Shown here in pieces: positions 27,701 through 38,847 of a stretch of DNA of 64,000 nt (the first letter of the stretch is position 1; the number at the start of each line of letters is the position of its first letter). Below the pieces are notes generated by a model. It was not told the DNA's origin and made no database searches. It saw nothing but the letters and a program-made list of their open reading frames with translations. Both the position numbers and the translations under genes were made by a program. This stretch comes from Pseudothermotoga sp. (GTDB taxonomy: Bacteria; Thermotogota; Thermotogae; Thermotogales; DSM-5069): assembly GCA_031962025.1 (NCBI GenBank), contig JAVRKW010000002.1. The stretch is one strand, 5' to 3'.

Positions 27701-28998
27701 AGGAAAAAATACTCAACAGATCTGCTGTAATCGGTGTGATTGGACTTGGATATGTAGGTTTGCCGCTTGCTGTTGAAAAGGCAAAAGCGGGTTTCAAAGT
27801 GATAGGTTTTGATATTCAAAAAAAACGTGTTGACATGGTAAATCTTGGTCAGAACTACATTGGTGATGTTGTAACCGAAGATTTGCAAAAACTCGTCAGT
27901 GAAGGAAAACTTCGCGCAACCAACGATTTTGACAAACTCAGAGAATGTGATGTTGCAACTATATGCGTTCCGACTCCGCTGGACAGGTTCAAACAACCGG
28001 ATCTAACTTATGTCGTTAACACGGCGAAAGATATAGCCAAAAGACTTCACAAAGAGATGCTCGTGGTGCTTGAGTCAACTACTTATCCGGGTACGACCGA
28101 AGAGGTTGTGAAACCGATACTGGAATCGACAGGTTTGAAATGCGAAGAAGATTTTTATCTTGCCTTTAGCCCGGAGAGGGTCGATCCGGGAAATCTCATT
28201 TACAAGACCAAGAACACACCCAAAGTGGTCGGCGGTGTTGGTGAGAAATCAACCGAAGTTGCAAGACTTTTATATGAAAGTGTGCTTGAGGCACCGGTTT
28301 TTGTTGTCTCTTCACCGAAAGAAGCGGAAATGTCAAAGATTCTGGAGAACACTTTCAGAATAGTCAACATAGCACTTATAAATGAGATGGCTATCGTTGC
28401 AGAAAAGATGGGAATAAACATCTGGGAAGTGATAGAGGCAGCTTCGACAAAGCCGTTTGGTTTCATGCCTTTTTATCCAGGACCGGGTGTCGGAGGGCAT
28501 TGTATACCCATTGATCCTTTTTATCTGACTTACAAAGCGCGTGAATACGATTACCACACAAGACTCATTGAATTGGCTGGAGAGATAAATGATTATATGC
28601 CGGAGTATGTGGTTCAAAGAACCATGCAATTGTTGAATCAAAAGAAAAAATGCATGAACGGCGCAAAAGTGCTCCTGGTTGGTATAGCATATAAAGGAGA
28701 CGTAGACGATGTCAGAGAATCTCCGGCATTGAAGGTACTCGAGCATCTTGAGAAAAATTTGGCAGATGTCGTTGTTGTCGATCCATACGTTGAAAGATTC
28801 AGTTACAAAGGCAAAGAGAGAAAAACCGAAAAGCTCACCGAAGAACTGTGCAGATGGGCTGATATAGCCATTATAACGACTGCGCATAAGAAAAGGATCG
28901 ATTACAACATGTTAGTTGAGAACAGTGAGTTGATCTTTGATACAAAGAATATTCTCAAGAGTTTTGGCATAAAAAGCAAGAAGGTGATAGTCCTTTAA
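27694..28998 (+). CDS. UDP-N-acetylhexosamine 6-dehydrogenase (WbpA/WecC/TviB family)
   Basis: GLGYVG, CVPTP, ESTTYPGTT, SPERVDPG and GVGGHCIPID motifs. Confidence 0.92.
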   Translation: MLKEKILNRSAVIGVIGLGYVGLPLAVEKAKAGFKVIGFDIQKKRVDMVNLGQNYIGDVVTEDLQKLVSEGKLRATNDFDKLRECDVATICVPTPLDRFKQPDLTYVVNTAKDIAKRLHKEMLVVLESTTYPGTTEEVVKPILESTGLKCEEDFYLAFSPERVDPGNLIYKTKNTPKVVGGVGEKSTEVARLLYESVLEAPVFVVSSPKEAEMSKILENTFRIVNIALINEMAIVAEKMGINIWEVIEAASTKPFGFMPFYPGPGVGGHCIPIDPFYLTYKAREYDYHTRLIELAGEINDYMPEYVVQRTMQLLNQKKKCMNGAKVLLVGIAYKGDVDDVRESPALKVLEHLEKNLADVVVVDPYVERFSYKGKERKTEKLTEELCRWADIAIITTAHKKRIDYNMLVENSELIFDTKNILKSFGIKSKKVIVL

Positions 28999-29019
28999 CA
29001 ATTTGATGGGGGTGGTCTT

Positions 29020-31068
29020 GTGAGCTGGTTTATTCTGGCTCTGTCTGCAGCAGTTAGTTCCATCTGCCTTGCGTTTGGACTGTATGCCTATGTTATGAAA
29101 AAAGATTCCGGCACAGAAAAGATGAAACAGATATCTTCTGCCATCAAAGAAGGTGCTCTCGCGTACTTGAGGAGGCAAAACAGGGCCTTAGCAGTTTTTG
29201 TTGTAATAATGGCAGTCATCATCGGTCTGGTGAGTGGCTTTCTTAAAAACCCATCGGTTGGATTGAGTATGGCAATTGCTTATGTACTTGGTTCTGTTTG
29301 CACTACTGTTGCCGCTTATCTTGGAATGAGAGCGGCAGTTGAGACCAATGTCAGAGTCGCGTCATCTGCAAGAAAAGGACTCAAAGCCGCTTTCCCAGTT
29401 GCTTTTTATGGTGGAGCCGTCATGGGAATGTTTGTGGTTGGGATATCGCTGCTCGGTATAACTGTTTTATTTTTCATTTTCAGAGTTGGTTTTGGCTGGA
29501 ATGATTCAGATGCATCCAGTGTGGTGCTGGGATTTAGTTTCGGAGCAAGCGCACTCGCCCTGTTTGCAAAAGCGGGTGGGGGTATCTATACAAAGACGGC
29601 AGATATAAGCGCTGATCTTGTTGGGAAGGTCGAACTCGGTATACCGGAAGACGACCCGAGAAATCCTGCGGTGATAGCCGACAATGTTGGAGACAACGTT
29701 GGAGATGTGGCTGGAATGGGTGCAGATTTGACAGATTCATACATCGCGAGTGTGATTGCTGCCATGATAATTGGATCAGAACTTGGTGGTGGAATCCTCA
29801 CGACGATGCCGCTGTTGATAGCTGCGATGGGACTTTTTGCTTCGATGCTTGGACTTGTCTTTGTGACCAGTAGTATTAAAAGCCCCGGCAGGGCTCTGAA
29901 TATGGGAACATTTTCAACCTGTTTTATTTTTGTGATTCTGCTGTTTTTCGTCACCAGATTCTCAGGTCTTGAAGGTTCAAAATGGCTCGGAGTGTTTTTA
30001 CCCACGGTGGCTGGTCTTGGAGCTGGAGTTGTCATCGGGCTGACTTCGGATTATTTCACTTCGATTGAAAAAAAGCCAACCAAGCAGGTTGCACAGGCTT
30101 CTGTCACCGGCAGTGCCATAAACATCCTGACGGGTTTTTCATACGGACTTGTTAGCATTGTGCCTCCAATTTTGTGTATTTCAATTGCAACTATTGCTTC
30201 GTGGTATCTTGCAAAAATGTTTGATATGGATCCATTTTACGGTGTTGCAAACGCAGCACTTGGCATGCTTTCGATTGTAGGTATGATCATCTCGGCTGAT
30301 GCGTATGGTCCCATATCTGACAACGCCAAAGGCGTGGCTGAACAATCCGGGCTCGGTGAAGAGGTCATTGCAATAACCGATATGCTCGATGCAGCCGGGA
30401 ACACATCAAAAGCCATAACGAAGGGTTTTGCAATAGGTTCCGCAGCTCTAACGGTTTTGGCTCTGTTCGCTGCGTACACTCACTTAGTGGATATAAAATC
30501 TCTGGAATTGATTTCTCCACAGGTTATCGCAGGTATTTTCATCGGTGCAATGATGCCACCATTTCTCTCGGCATTGTTGATTCTGGCTGTGGGTAGAAAC
30601 TCTGAAAGAATGGTTGAAGAAATCAGAAGGCAGTTTAAACAGATCCCTGGACTTATTGAGGGAACGAGTAAACCGGATTATGCCAGGTGTGTCGATATAG
30701 CAACGGCAGGTGCTCTGAAAGAATTGATTTTGCCTGGCGTTCTGTCTATAATAGCTCCTGCAATGACACTGATCTTTCTTGGCAAAGAAGCCTTGGCAGG
30801 TTTTCTCGCTGGTAGCATAGTCACTGGAATTATCTTTGCTCTGTTTATGGCAAATGCGGGTGGTGCGTGGGACAACGCAAAGAAATTCATTGAAGAAGGA
30901 CATCACGGTGGAAAAGGCTCACAGGCGCACAAAGCTGCGGTTGTTGGTGATACTGTCGGTGATCCATTCAAGGATACTGCCGGACCATCACTGAATACCA
31001 TGATCACTGTTATGTCACTCGTTGCGGAAGTGTTCGCACCTTTGATACTTCTGATCATGAATCGATGA
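29020..31068 (+). CDS. hppA: Membrane-bound pyrophosphate-energised cation pump (K+-independent signature)
   Basis: [33 protein letters not shown] and [10 protein letters not shown] motifs, plus GNTSKAITK. Confidence 0.95.
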   Translation: MSWFILALSAAVSSICLAFGLYAYVMKKDSGTEKMKQISSAIKEGALAYLRRQNRALAVFVVIMAVIIGLVSGFLKNPSVGLSMAIAYVLGSVCTTVAAYLGMRAAVETNVRVASSARKGLKAAFPVAFYGGAVMGMFVVGISLLGITVLFFIFRVGFGWNDSDASSVVLGFSFGASALALFAKAGGGIYTKTADISADLVGKVELGIPEDDPRNPAVIADNVGDNVGDVAGMGADLTDSYIASVIAAMIIGSELGGGILTTMPLLIAAMGLFASMLGLVFVTSSIKSPGRALNMGTFSTCFIFVILLFFVTRFSGLEGSKWLGVFLPTVAGLGAGVVIGLTSDYFTSIEKKPTKQVAQASVTGSAINILTGFSYGLVSIVPPILCISIATIASWYLAKMFDMDPFYGVANAALGMLSIVGMIISADAYGPISDNAKGVAEQSGLGEEVIAITDMLDAAGNTSKAITKGFAIGSAALTVLALFAAYTHLVDIKSLELISPQVIAGIFIGAMMPPFLSALLILAVGRNSERMVEEIRRQFKQIPGLIEGTSKPDYARCVDIATAGALKELILPGVLSIIAPAMTLIFLGKEALAGFLAGSIVTGIIFALFMANAGGAWDNAKKFIEEGHHGGKGSQAHKAAVVGDTVGDPFKDTAGPSLNTMITVMSLVAEVFAPLILLIMNR

Positions 31069-31129
31069 TTGGGGTATAATTCTTTGGGAGGAAATTTTTC
31101 TGTTTTTAGACAAGACAACACGGGATTTT

Positions 31130-32602
31130 GTGATGGTTGATGCGATTTTGTCGAATTTTCAACCTGTGACGGAATATGGGAAAAGTTTTTTCAAAGAACT
31201 TTTTCCTATCAAAGACGAGAGGGAATTTTATCAACATTGGGAAAGATTACAAAAGGTACTGAAGCTTGATAGATTAACTGTTCAAATGATCAAAGATCAG
31301 CTTGGGCTTTTGGGATACATCAAAAATCAGGTTGAAAGCGGTTTTGATAGCATAGGTGATTTTGCAAAGCTCAAAAGATTTGTCTATTACACGATAAAAC
31401 TTTCAGATTTGACAAAAGGTATCTGGGATTTACCAGACTTATCTAATCTGTGGAAGATTCTTGCCGATTTGACCTCTCAGTCTGTGAATTTCTACCTGCA
31501 ATCTGAAGAGCTTGTCCATCTTCGAAAAAAACACCTTTCTATTTCAAAGCAGATAGAAGAAAAATTGAAATCTTCAAAAGAGGAAATAGAAAAGAGATTC
31601 TCAATTAAATTACCCGGCGAGGAATTCACATGCGACAGGGAGATTGCCGAAAAACTGATTCAGGAAGATTTGGTTGAAGTGGTCAGAAGGTCCAGTGAAA
31701 GGTATCATCTCAGAATCAAATGTTCACAGGAAGTTGTAGAACTGTCTGACCAGTTGAAAATGATAGAAGATCAGATGAGAGACGAAGAAGAAATAATTCT
31801 CAAAAAGCTTTCCAGAGCTGTTGATAGCTTTTTGGAAACTCTCAAATCCTGTGAAGAATTGGTCCAGCAGATCGATCTTGATCTTTGTAGATATGATTTC
31901 TTTTACCAGATGAATTGCTGCCGTCCGGAGATTTCAAGTGGATTTAAGATCGAGAAGGGAAGATTTCCGCCTGTTGTTGAATACTGCCAGAAAAATGGCT
32001 ATACATACTATCCTGTGGATATTGAAGCGAGCAAGGGTGTAACGGTTCTGTACGGACCAAACATGGGCGGTAAAACGACCCTGTTGAGAACAGTGGGAAG
32101 TTTTGTAGTTCTCATGCATCTTGGGTTCCCGGTTCCGTGTGAAAGGTTTTCTTCGCCTCTTTTTGATTCAGTGAGGTATCTTTCCAGAGGTGAAGAGCTT
32201 GGTTTGAGCTCATTTGCAAGGGAGATTTCTTCGTTTGTGGATATCATAAAACTCGATGGAAAGAAATTGATCCTGATCGACGAATTTGGCTCGACGACAA
32301 ATCCAGTTGAAGGCGAAGCACTGGCTATTGCTGCTGTTGATTATCTTGACAAGTTCAGCGACTTTGTGTTTTTCACAACGCATTATCCAGCTGTTGTCAG
32401 AAACGCGTCAAATGTGTATATGTGTGGAAAGTTGAGAAATCTGGACGCAGTTGACCCTCACAGAATGATAGATTATTCTGTGCAAAGAGGTAAACATCTG
32501 GGGCAGAATGTTGCGATAACTGTGGCTGAAAGATTTGGTCTGCCCGATCAAATTGTGCAAGTTGCTCAAAATTTTCTGAAAAAGGGCGGTTCCTGTGGAT
32601 AA
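31130..32602 (+). CDS. MutS-domain-V (ABC-type ATPase) protein lacking mismatch-binding and Smr domains
   Basis: [33 protein letters not shown] and AERFGLP motifs. Confidence 0.8.
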   Translation: MMVDAILSNFQPVTEYGKSFFKELFPIKDEREFYQHWERLQKVLKLDRLTVQMIKDQLGLLGYIKNQVESGFDSIGDFAKLKRFVYYTIKLSDLTKGIWDLPDLSNLWKILADLTSQSVNFYLQSEELVHLRKKHLSISKQIEEKLKSSKEEIEKRFSIKLPGEEFTCDREIAEKLIQEDLVEVVRRSSERYHLRIKCSQEVVELSDQLKMIEDQMRDEEEIILKKLSRAVDSFLETLKSCEELVQQIDLDLCRYDFFYQMNCCRPEISSGFKIEKGRFPPVVEYCQKNGYTYYPVDIEASKGVTVLYGPNMGGKTTLLRTVGSFVVLMHLGFPVPCERFSSPLFDSVRYLSRGEELGLSSFAREISSFVDIIKLDGKKLILIDEFGSTTNPVEGEALAIAAVDYLDKFSDFVFFTTHYPAVVRNASNVYMCGKLRNLDAVDPHRMIDYSVQRGKHLGQNVAITVAERFGLPDQIVQVAQNFLKKGGSCG

Positions 32603-33719
32603 AGTTTACACAGTCAGTGAAATCACTTATTACATAGAAACTCTGATAAACTCCGATCCATATCTCACCGATATAAACATTATCGGTGAAGTGGTTGATT
32701 GCAAACAGAGAAATGGTCATTTGTTTTTTTCGCTCAAGGATGAATTCACAACGATAGGGTGCGTGTTTTTTGGCGGAGCCTCAATGGGTGTTAATCTGAC
32801 AGATGGTCAGACAGTTGAGGCGCGCGGTGATGTTAGGGTCTATGCACCAAGGGGTGTATACAGATTTCAGTGTAAATATTTGAAAGTTCTCCCGCAGCGT
32901 GGGTTGCTTTTCATGAAAATGAAAGAAACTTACGATCGACTTTTGAAAGAAAAAATCTTCGAAAAGCCAAAGCGTCCTTTACCGAAGTACCCAAGAAGGA
33001 TCGGAGTGGTAACCTCAAGAAATTCAGCAGCCTATCAGGATGTTTTGAGAACGATTTCAGAAAGATTTCCCGCTGTAGAAATCCTTTTGTATCACACAGG
33101 AGTTCAGGGAGAAGATGCCAAAAATTCTCTGATAAAGGCGTTGAATGATGCAGACAATGAAGAACTGGATGTGGTTTTGATCACCAGAGGTGGTGGATCG
33201 GCAGATGATCTGTGGATTTTCAACGATGAAGAGGTCGTCAGGGCTGTTTACAGATTGAGACACCCTGTTATCTCTGGGGTGGGGCATCAAATAGATACGG
33301 TTTTTATAGACTTAGTGGCTGATTATTCAGCTCATACACCAACAGCCGCCGCACAGGCAGCAGTACCTGAAAAATCACAGTTGATAAGTTATGTAACCAG
33401 TTTGATTCAAAGGGCGGGTATTCATCTTAAACAAAATCTGAAAAATGATATAACTCTGATTCAGATTCTTGCAAAAAGGCTATTAGATGCAATGCAAAAA
33501 CACATATTTTTATGTGAGAAAAAATCAGAATCTTTCAGGTTAAAATTGTCTTCGCTAAATCCGGTGAACATACTTGAGAAAGGTTATGCGATTGTTGAAA
33601 AAGATGGTCGTTGGGTGAAAAGCTCTTTTGAGTTGAACAAGCAAGACAGATTGACTGTCCGATTTTCAGACGGAGTTGTGAAGGTGATGGTCTGTGAGGA
33701 TCGATCAGATGGTAAGTGA
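32595..33719 (+). CDS. xseA: Exodeoxyribonuclease VII large subunit
   Basis: OB fold (GHLFFSLKD), RGGGS, SGVGHQID and TPTAAA motifs. Confidence 0.93.
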   Translation: MDKVYTVSEITYYIETLINSDPYLTDINIIGEVVDCKQRNGHLFFSLKDEFTTIGCVFFGGASMGVNLTDGQTVEARGDVRVYAPRGVYRFQCKYLKVLPQRGLLFMKMKETYDRLLKEKIFEKPKRPLPKYPRRIGVVTSRNSAAYQDVLRTISERFPAVEILLYHTGVQGEDAKNSLIKALNDADNEELDVVLITRGGGSADDLWIFNDEEVVRAVYRLRHPVISGVGHQIDTVFIDLVADYSAHTPTAAAQAAVPEKSQLISYVTSLIQRAGIHLKQNLKNDITLIQILAKRLLDAMQKHIFLCEKKSESFRLKLSSLNPVNILEKGYAIVEKDGRWVKSSFELNKQDRLTVRFSDGVVKVMVCEDRSDGK

Positions 33720-33909
33720 GTTGGAAAAGATTGTGGAAAAGCTCGAACAGGAAGATCTGCCATTTGATGAGGCGCTGGATCTGTATAACAGAGGTATCGA
33801 GATATATAAAAAATTGATTGCGATGCTCAGTGAGGCGAAGATCCAGGTTCAGGATGTGTATGCTCAGGCTCAACAATTGATGGAGGGGACCGAATTTGAA
33901 CCTAGATGA
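33694..33909 (+). CDS. xseB: Exodeoxyribonuclease VII small subunit
   Basis: LEKIVEKLE..LPFDEALDLYNRG pattern; follows xseA. Confidence 0.9.
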   Translation: MRIDQMVSELEKIVEKLEQEDLPFDEALDLYNRGIEIYKKLIAMLSEAKIQVQDVYAQAQQLMEGTEFEPR

Positions 33910-35752
33910 TGTGGTAGGAGCAGATATCTGGAAACTTAAACAGATTTCGAGCATCATAAGAGAGCGAATAATACAGGTTGTTTCAGCAAATGGCGGACAT
34001 CTTTCTTCCAATCTGGGTGTGGTTGAATTAACGCTTGCGCTTTACAACGTTTTTGATCCCAGACAGGATATAGTCATCTGGGACACTTCTCATCAGTGTT
34101 ACACACACAAACTTTTAACAGGTAGATGGGATGAATTTACAAACATCAGAAGATTTGGTGGAATCAGTGGTTATGCGTCGTTAAAAGAGTCCGATCTGGA
34201 CAGATTCGGTGCCGGTCACGCGGGAACTTCCATCGCCGCAGCTCTTGGTATTGAAAAGGCATTGAGGTTGAAAAATCAAAATAGAAATGTTCTGGTTGTA
34301 ATAGGAGATGGGGCATTGACAAACGGTGAAGCCCTGGAGAGTTTGAACCAGTTGAAATCGCAGAATTCTAAACTGAAGATCATCCTGAATGACAATGGTA
34401 TGTCAATTGCCCCGAATGTTGGAGCCCTTTCACAGACTTTTGCAAAATTGCGCACCAGCCCTGCTTATGTGAAATTCAAACAGCTTCTGAAGAAGGTACT
34501 TGAAGGATCAGATCTGGGAAAAAATTTTGAAGATGAACTGAAGAGAATTCGTGAGAGTATGAAGCATTTTATCTCCGGACCTGATTTTTTTGAATCGCTC
34601 GGCTTGAAACACATAGGTCCTATAGATGGACATGATCTTGAATTGATGACTGCCGTTTTTAAGAGAATAAAGCACTACGATTATCCGGTGGTTGTTCATG
34701 TTTTAACACAAAAAGGCAAAGGATATGAACCGGCTGAGAAAGATTGCGTAACCTTTCACAGTGCCCCAAAGTTTGATCCAGAGTCTGGAGAGCCTGTTAA
34801 GAAGCAGGGATATATATCTTACAGTGAGGTCTTTGGTGAGACTTTGCTCAGACTTGCCCAAAAAGATAAAAGGATCTTTGCTGTAACTGCCGCAATGCCA
34901 GATGGGACCGGCTTGAGACGATTTTCAGAAAAATTGCCAGATAGATTTGCAGATCTTGGCATAACTGAACAATCCTGTGTGACATTCGCCGCCGGATTGT
35001 CAGTCATGGGTTTAAGGCCTTTTGTTGCAATCTATTCCACCTTTTTGCAGAGGGCATACGATCAGATTGTACACGACGTGGCATTGCAAGACCTTGATGT
35101 TGTCTTTGCAATCGACAGGGCTGGTCTTGTCGGTGAAGACGGTCCAACTCATCACGGGTTGTCAGATATAGCACTATTCAGAACTGTGCCAAAATCGATA
35201 ATCTTTACGCCAGCCAATCTGTTTGATCTGGTATGCTTATTGAGGACCGTGGTTGAAAAGAACATAAAAGGCGTAATAGCCATTCGATATCCAAGAGATT
35301 CTGAAAAAGCGGATTTTGAGGAACTGTGGGATAAATCAAAAACAATAAACCCGTTTAGCTGGGACATTCTCAGAAAGGGGAACGGTAAAATAGCTGTTCT
35401 TGCAGTTGGGAATATGGTAAACCAGGTTGAAAAACTCATTTCACTGGATCCAACTGTTGTCTATGTCAGATGCGTCAAACCTTTAGACGAAGTGACGATG
35501 AACTTTTTAGCTGAGAGTCACGATTTATTTGTCACGATCGAAGAGGGTTTTCTCAGCGGTGGTTTTGGAGAAAGTATAATCACTTTTATGAATCAACACG
35601 ATATCAGAAAACCTGTGCTCACACTCGGTGTACCAGAAGAATTCATACCGCATGGTTCTAGGGAAGAATTGCTTAAATTCTGTAAACTTGACTCGGAGGG
35701 AATTTTTGACACTGTGGTATCATTTCTAAAAAAGGAGGTTTATGCATGGTAA
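33896..35752 (+). CDS. dxs: 1-deoxy-D-xylulose-5-phosphate synthase
   Basis: GGHLSSNLG, GDGA...NDNGM TPP motif, YSTFLQRAYDQ and DGPTHHG. Confidence 0.96.
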   Translation: MNLDDVVGADIWKLKQISSIIRERIIQVVSANGGHLSSNLGVVELTLALYNVFDPRQDIVIWDTSHQCYTHKLLTGRWDEFTNIRRFGGISGYASLKESDLDRFGAGHAGTSIAAALGIEKALRLKNQNRNVLVVIGDGALTNGEALESLNQLKSQNSKLKIILNDNGMSIAPNVGALSQTFAKLRTSPAYVKFKQLLKKVLEGSDLGKNFEDELKRIRESMKHFISGPDFFESLGLKHIGPIDGHDLELMTAVFKRIKHYDYPVVVHVLTQKGKGYEPAEKDCVTFHSAPKFDPESGEPVKKQGYISYSEVFGETLLRLAQKDKRIFAVTAAMPDGTGLRRFSEKLPDRFADLGITEQSCVTFAAGLSVMGLRPFVAIYSTFLQRAYDQIVHDVALQDLDVVFAIDRAGLVGEDGPTHHGLSDIALFRTVPKSIIFTPANLFDLVCLLRTVVEKNIKGVIAIRYPRDSEKADFEELWDKSKTINPFSWDILRKGNGKIAVLAVGNMVNQVEKLISLDPTVVYVRCVKPLDEVTMNFLAESHDLFVTIEEGFLSGGFGESIITFMNQHDIRKPVLTLGVPEEFIPHGSREELLKFCKLDSEGIFDTVVSFLKKEVYAW

Positions 35753-36078
35753 TCAAACTGGATTATGGAGAACTGCAGGTGAGTTTGAAGGCGTTGAAAA
35801 AACTCGCTTATATTGCAACGGCACAGAGCTATGGACCTGTGAACATATCTTCTGAAAGCTTTTTTGGAAAGCTCTTTGGAGAAAAAGAGGAAGAGAGAAT
35901 AAAAGTTGAGGAACTCGACAATGGCAAGGTAGTTGTCGATTTGTACATCGAAGTCGAATACGGTGTGAAGGTAACAGAGGTTGCAAAGAATATCATAGAA
36001 AATGTCGTGCATGTTTTGAAGAACATAGGTACTTGCGAGGATGTTGAAGTTAACGTGCACGTGACAGGGATCCGCTGA
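35746..36078 (+). CDS. Asp23/Gls24 family protein (YloU-like)
   Basis: VDLYIEVEYG...VNVHVTGI pattern; typical neighbour of fakA. Confidence 0.85.
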   Translation: MVIKLDYGELQVSLKALKKLAYIATAQSYGPVNISSESFFGKLFGEKEEERIKVEELDNGKVVVDLYIEVEYGVKVTEVAKNIIENVVHVLKNIGTCEDVEVNVHVTGIR

Positions 36079-36082
36079 GGAG

Positions 36083-37705
36083 GTGCGGATCTTGGAAAAA
36101 GTGAATGGAAAATTCATGAAGACTGCTTTTCAAAAGGCAACACAGTTTCTTGCGTTACATGTTGACGAACTCAATGCGCTAAACGTCTTTCCTGTGCCAG
36201 ATGGTGATACCGGTTCAAACATGCTTGCAACAATGAAAGAAGGTTGCAAATATCTGGACCAATTGGACAAGGACAAGCATGATCTTTCGGCTGTGATGGA
36301 AGCCATTAGAAGTGGAACGCTTATGGGTGCCCGGGGTAACTCCGGTGTGATACTTTCCCAAATATTCCGCGGTTTTGCAATGTACTGTGAAAAGAAAAGG
36401 ACACTTCAGCCAAAAGATATACTGAAAATGTTTTCAACGGCGAAAAACGTGGCATATAAAGCTGTTATGAGACCGGTTGAGGGAACTATGCTGACGGTTT
36501 TAAGAAGAATAGATGAAAGATCACAAGAAGCAAGCCAGGCTGAGACAGTTCTTCAGGTCTTTGATTGGATCCTTAAAGTGGCAGAAGAGACCGTAAAAGA
36601 AACTCCGAATTTACTTCCGGTGCTGAAAGAAGCCGGGGTAGTCGATGCCGGTGCCAAGGGATTGTACTACATACTGCAGGGATTTCGTTCAGTGGCTGCA
36701 GGAGATGAGCAGGTTAATCTCGAGGTGGTTTCCAGTACCAACGGCGAGATCTCTGTGGAGTTGCCTACAGAAGAACTAAAATATCAGTACTGCACTGAAA
36801 TAATGGTGAAGGGAAAGAGTGATTTTCACATTGAAAAGGTTGGAGAGTTAAGGCTTTTTCTTGAAAGCATAGGAGATTCAGCGGTTGTGGTGCACGACGG
36901 TGCGGTGCTCAAAACTCATGTTCACACCAACAGTCCAGGTATTGTAATTGAGGAAGCGCTGAAATACGGAGAAATATTAAAAGTGAAAGTGGATAATATG
37001 AAACTGCAACATGAACATCTGGTGGAACAAACTGCCGAGCAACTCAAAAGATATGGTTTTGTGGCAGTTTCTCCCGGTCATGGTATCTCAGAAGTTTTGA
37101 GAAATCTTGGAGTGGATCAGATAGTCCGCGGCGGTCAGACCATGAATCCAAGTACAGCCGACCTGAAATTTGCCATAGACAAGATCAGGGCTGAAGTGGT
37201 TTTTCTGTTTCCTAACAATCCCAACATAGTACTGGCTGCAAAACAAGCTGCAGAGAATACGAAAGATAAACAGGTGATAATAATACCAACTCAAACTGTC
37301 CAGGAATGCATCTCAGCCATGATGAGTTTCGATCCAAATGAAGAACCAGAAAAGTTACAGGAAAAGTTCATCCAAGCTGCTGAATATGTTATTCCACTGT
37401 GTATTACGCGCGCTGTAAGGGACGCAAAGCACAATGGAACCAAAATCAAGAAAGGTGAATACATGGTGATGCGAGGTAAAAAACTCGTTTCACACGGACA
37501 ATTTCTAAAGCAGGCGATGAACAGGGCTCTGACGGCACTCGATTTGCGTGGAAGAGAAGTGGTGACGATTTTCACCGGTCAGGACGCAGTTGATGCTGAT
37601 ATAGATACGATCAAAGAGGCACTGGAAAGGGCTGTTGACCAGGTGCAGATTGATGTTCATGAAGGTGGCCAGCCACATTATCCTTACCTTCTGATGATAG
37701 AATAA
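36083..37705 (+). CDS. fakA: DAK2-domain fatty acid kinase catalytic subunit (YloV/FakA)
   Basis: LNVFPVPDGDTGSNM, GARGNSG, HVHT and GGQTMNPS motifs. Confidence 0.9.
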   Translation: MRILEKVNGKFMKTAFQKATQFLALHVDELNALNVFPVPDGDTGSNMLATMKEGCKYLDQLDKDKHDLSAVMEAIRSGTLMGARGNSGVILSQIFRGFAMYCEKKRTLQPKDILKMFSTAKNVAYKAVMRPVEGTMLTVLRRIDERSQEASQAETVLQVFDWILKVAEETVKETPNLLPVLKEAGVVDAGAKGLYYILQGFRSVAAGDEQVNLEVVSSTNGEISVELPTEELKYQYCTEIMVKGKSDFHIEKVGELRLFLESIGDSAVVVHDGAVLKTHVHTNSPGIVIEEALKYGEILKVKVDNMKLQHEHLVEQTAEQLKRYGFVAVSPGHGISEVLRNLGVDQIVRGGQTMNPSTADLKFAIDKIRAEVVFLFPNNPNIVLAAKQAAENTKDKQVIIIPTQTVQECISAMMSFDPNEEPEKLQEKFIQAAEYVIPLCITRAVRDAKHNGTKIKKGEYMVMRGKKLVSHGQFLKQAMNRALTALDLRGREVVTIFTGQDAVDADIDTIKEALERAVDQVQIDVHEGGQPHYPYLLMIE

Positions 37706-37722
37706 GGGGCAGATGCCCCTTA
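37703..37722. terminator. Hairpin between convergent fakA and tdh
   Basis: TAAGGGGCA-ga-TGCCCCTTA inverted repeat. Confidence 0.6.
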
Positions 37723-37724
37723 TA

Positions 37725-38762
37725 TCAATCTGAAAGTTTCATTACGATCTTTCCGCATTCACCTTTCATCATTAAGTCAAAGCCTTTTTGCCAGTCTTCA
37801 AATGGAATGATATGTGTCACCACTTTGGAAAGATCGATTTTTCCGCTGCTGAGAAGTTGATCTGCTATTCTCCATGTCTCAAAGATCTTGCGACCTGTTA
37901 TGCCGTAGATTTTGATTCCTTTGAAGGTTATTAGTTCGTCTATGGCAAGCTGTACTTTTGTTCCAAATACGCCTAAAATGGAAGCTGTTCCACCGCGTGT
38001 GAGTGATCTCAATCCCTGCTCAAGTGCGCTCGCATTGCCGGACATTTCCAGAAAGACGTCAACACCATCACCGCCTGTGATTTCCATCACTTTTGTGTAA
38101 AGGTCTTCTTGAGTTGGATCTATTACTATGTCTGCACCGTTGTTCTTTGCAAGGTTTTTTCTGTATGGTTTGATCTCTGAAGCTATTACCAATGAAGCGC
38201 CGGCAGCCTTTGCAACCTGAACAGCCATTGCACCTATTGGACCTATACCAGTTATCAGCACAGTTTTACCGGTTAAATCTTCGACCAAAGCCGTGTGGAT
38301 TGCATTCCCGAAAGGTTCCATCACCGATGCAAAATCAGGTGATATCTTTGATGATACCTTCCAGAGTATTGTCTGTGGTACCTTGATGTATTCGGCAAAG
38401 GCTCCATCAATGTCAACACCAAGTATCTTCATGTTTCTGCATATGTGCATTCTGTTGGTCTTACACTGATAGCACTGCTGACATGGAATATGTGTCTCTG
38501 CTGCAACAAAATCTCCCACCTGAACTGTTTGAACAGCTTCACCGATTTGTTCAACTATTCCGGCAAATTCATGACCAATTATCATAGGTGGTCTGATATG
38601 ACTTTTTGCCCAGTCATCCCATTTGTAAATATGAACATCAGAACCACAAATCGATGCACGTTTTACCTTCACCAAAACCTCCGTTGGTCCAATAGTACCT
38701 GGTTTTGGTACATCCTGCATCACCAGTCCAGCCGCCATGTGTGTCTTTAAAATAGCTCTCAT
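37725..38762 (-). CDS. tdh: L-threonine 3-dehydrogenase
   Basis: ICGSDVHIY, GHE, Zn-binding Cys cluster, GIGPIG and GITGRKIFETW; paired with kbl. Confidence 0.93.
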   Translation of the reverse strand: MRAILKTHMAAGLVMQDVPKPGTIGPTEVLVKVKRASICGSDVHIYKWDDWAKSHIRPPMIIGHEFAGIVEQIGEAVQTVQVGDFVAAETHIPCQQCYQCKTNRMHICRNMKILGVDIDGAFAEYIKVPQTILWKVSSKISPDFASVMEPFGNAIHTALVEDLTGKTVLITGIGPIGAMAVQVAKAAGASLVIASEIKPYRKNLAKNNGADIVIDPTQEDLYTKVMEITGGDGVDVFLEMSGNASALEQGLRSLTRGGTASILGVFGTKVQLAIDELITFKGIKIYGITGRKIFETWRIADQLLSSGKIDLSKVVTHIIPFEDWQKGFDLMMKGECGKIVMKLSD

Positions 38763-38831
38763 TTTAATCCCTCCCTGTTTCCAGATAAAGCTTACATCAA
38801 AGTTTTATAAATTCAAAATACATACTCAGGT

Positions 38832-38847
38832 TGGCATATTTTTTGCT
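38832..38847 (+). promoter_or_regulatory. Candidate sigma-54 (-24/-12) promoter upstream of kbl
   Basis: TGGCAT-n5-TTGCT with exact GG-N10-GC spacing, about 55 nt before the kbl ATG. Confidence 0.45.

Noticed and set aside
33694..35752. Absence of ispA between xseB and dxs as a possible deletion
   Set aside because: xseB and dxs overlap cleanly with no remnant; ordinary gene-order variation.
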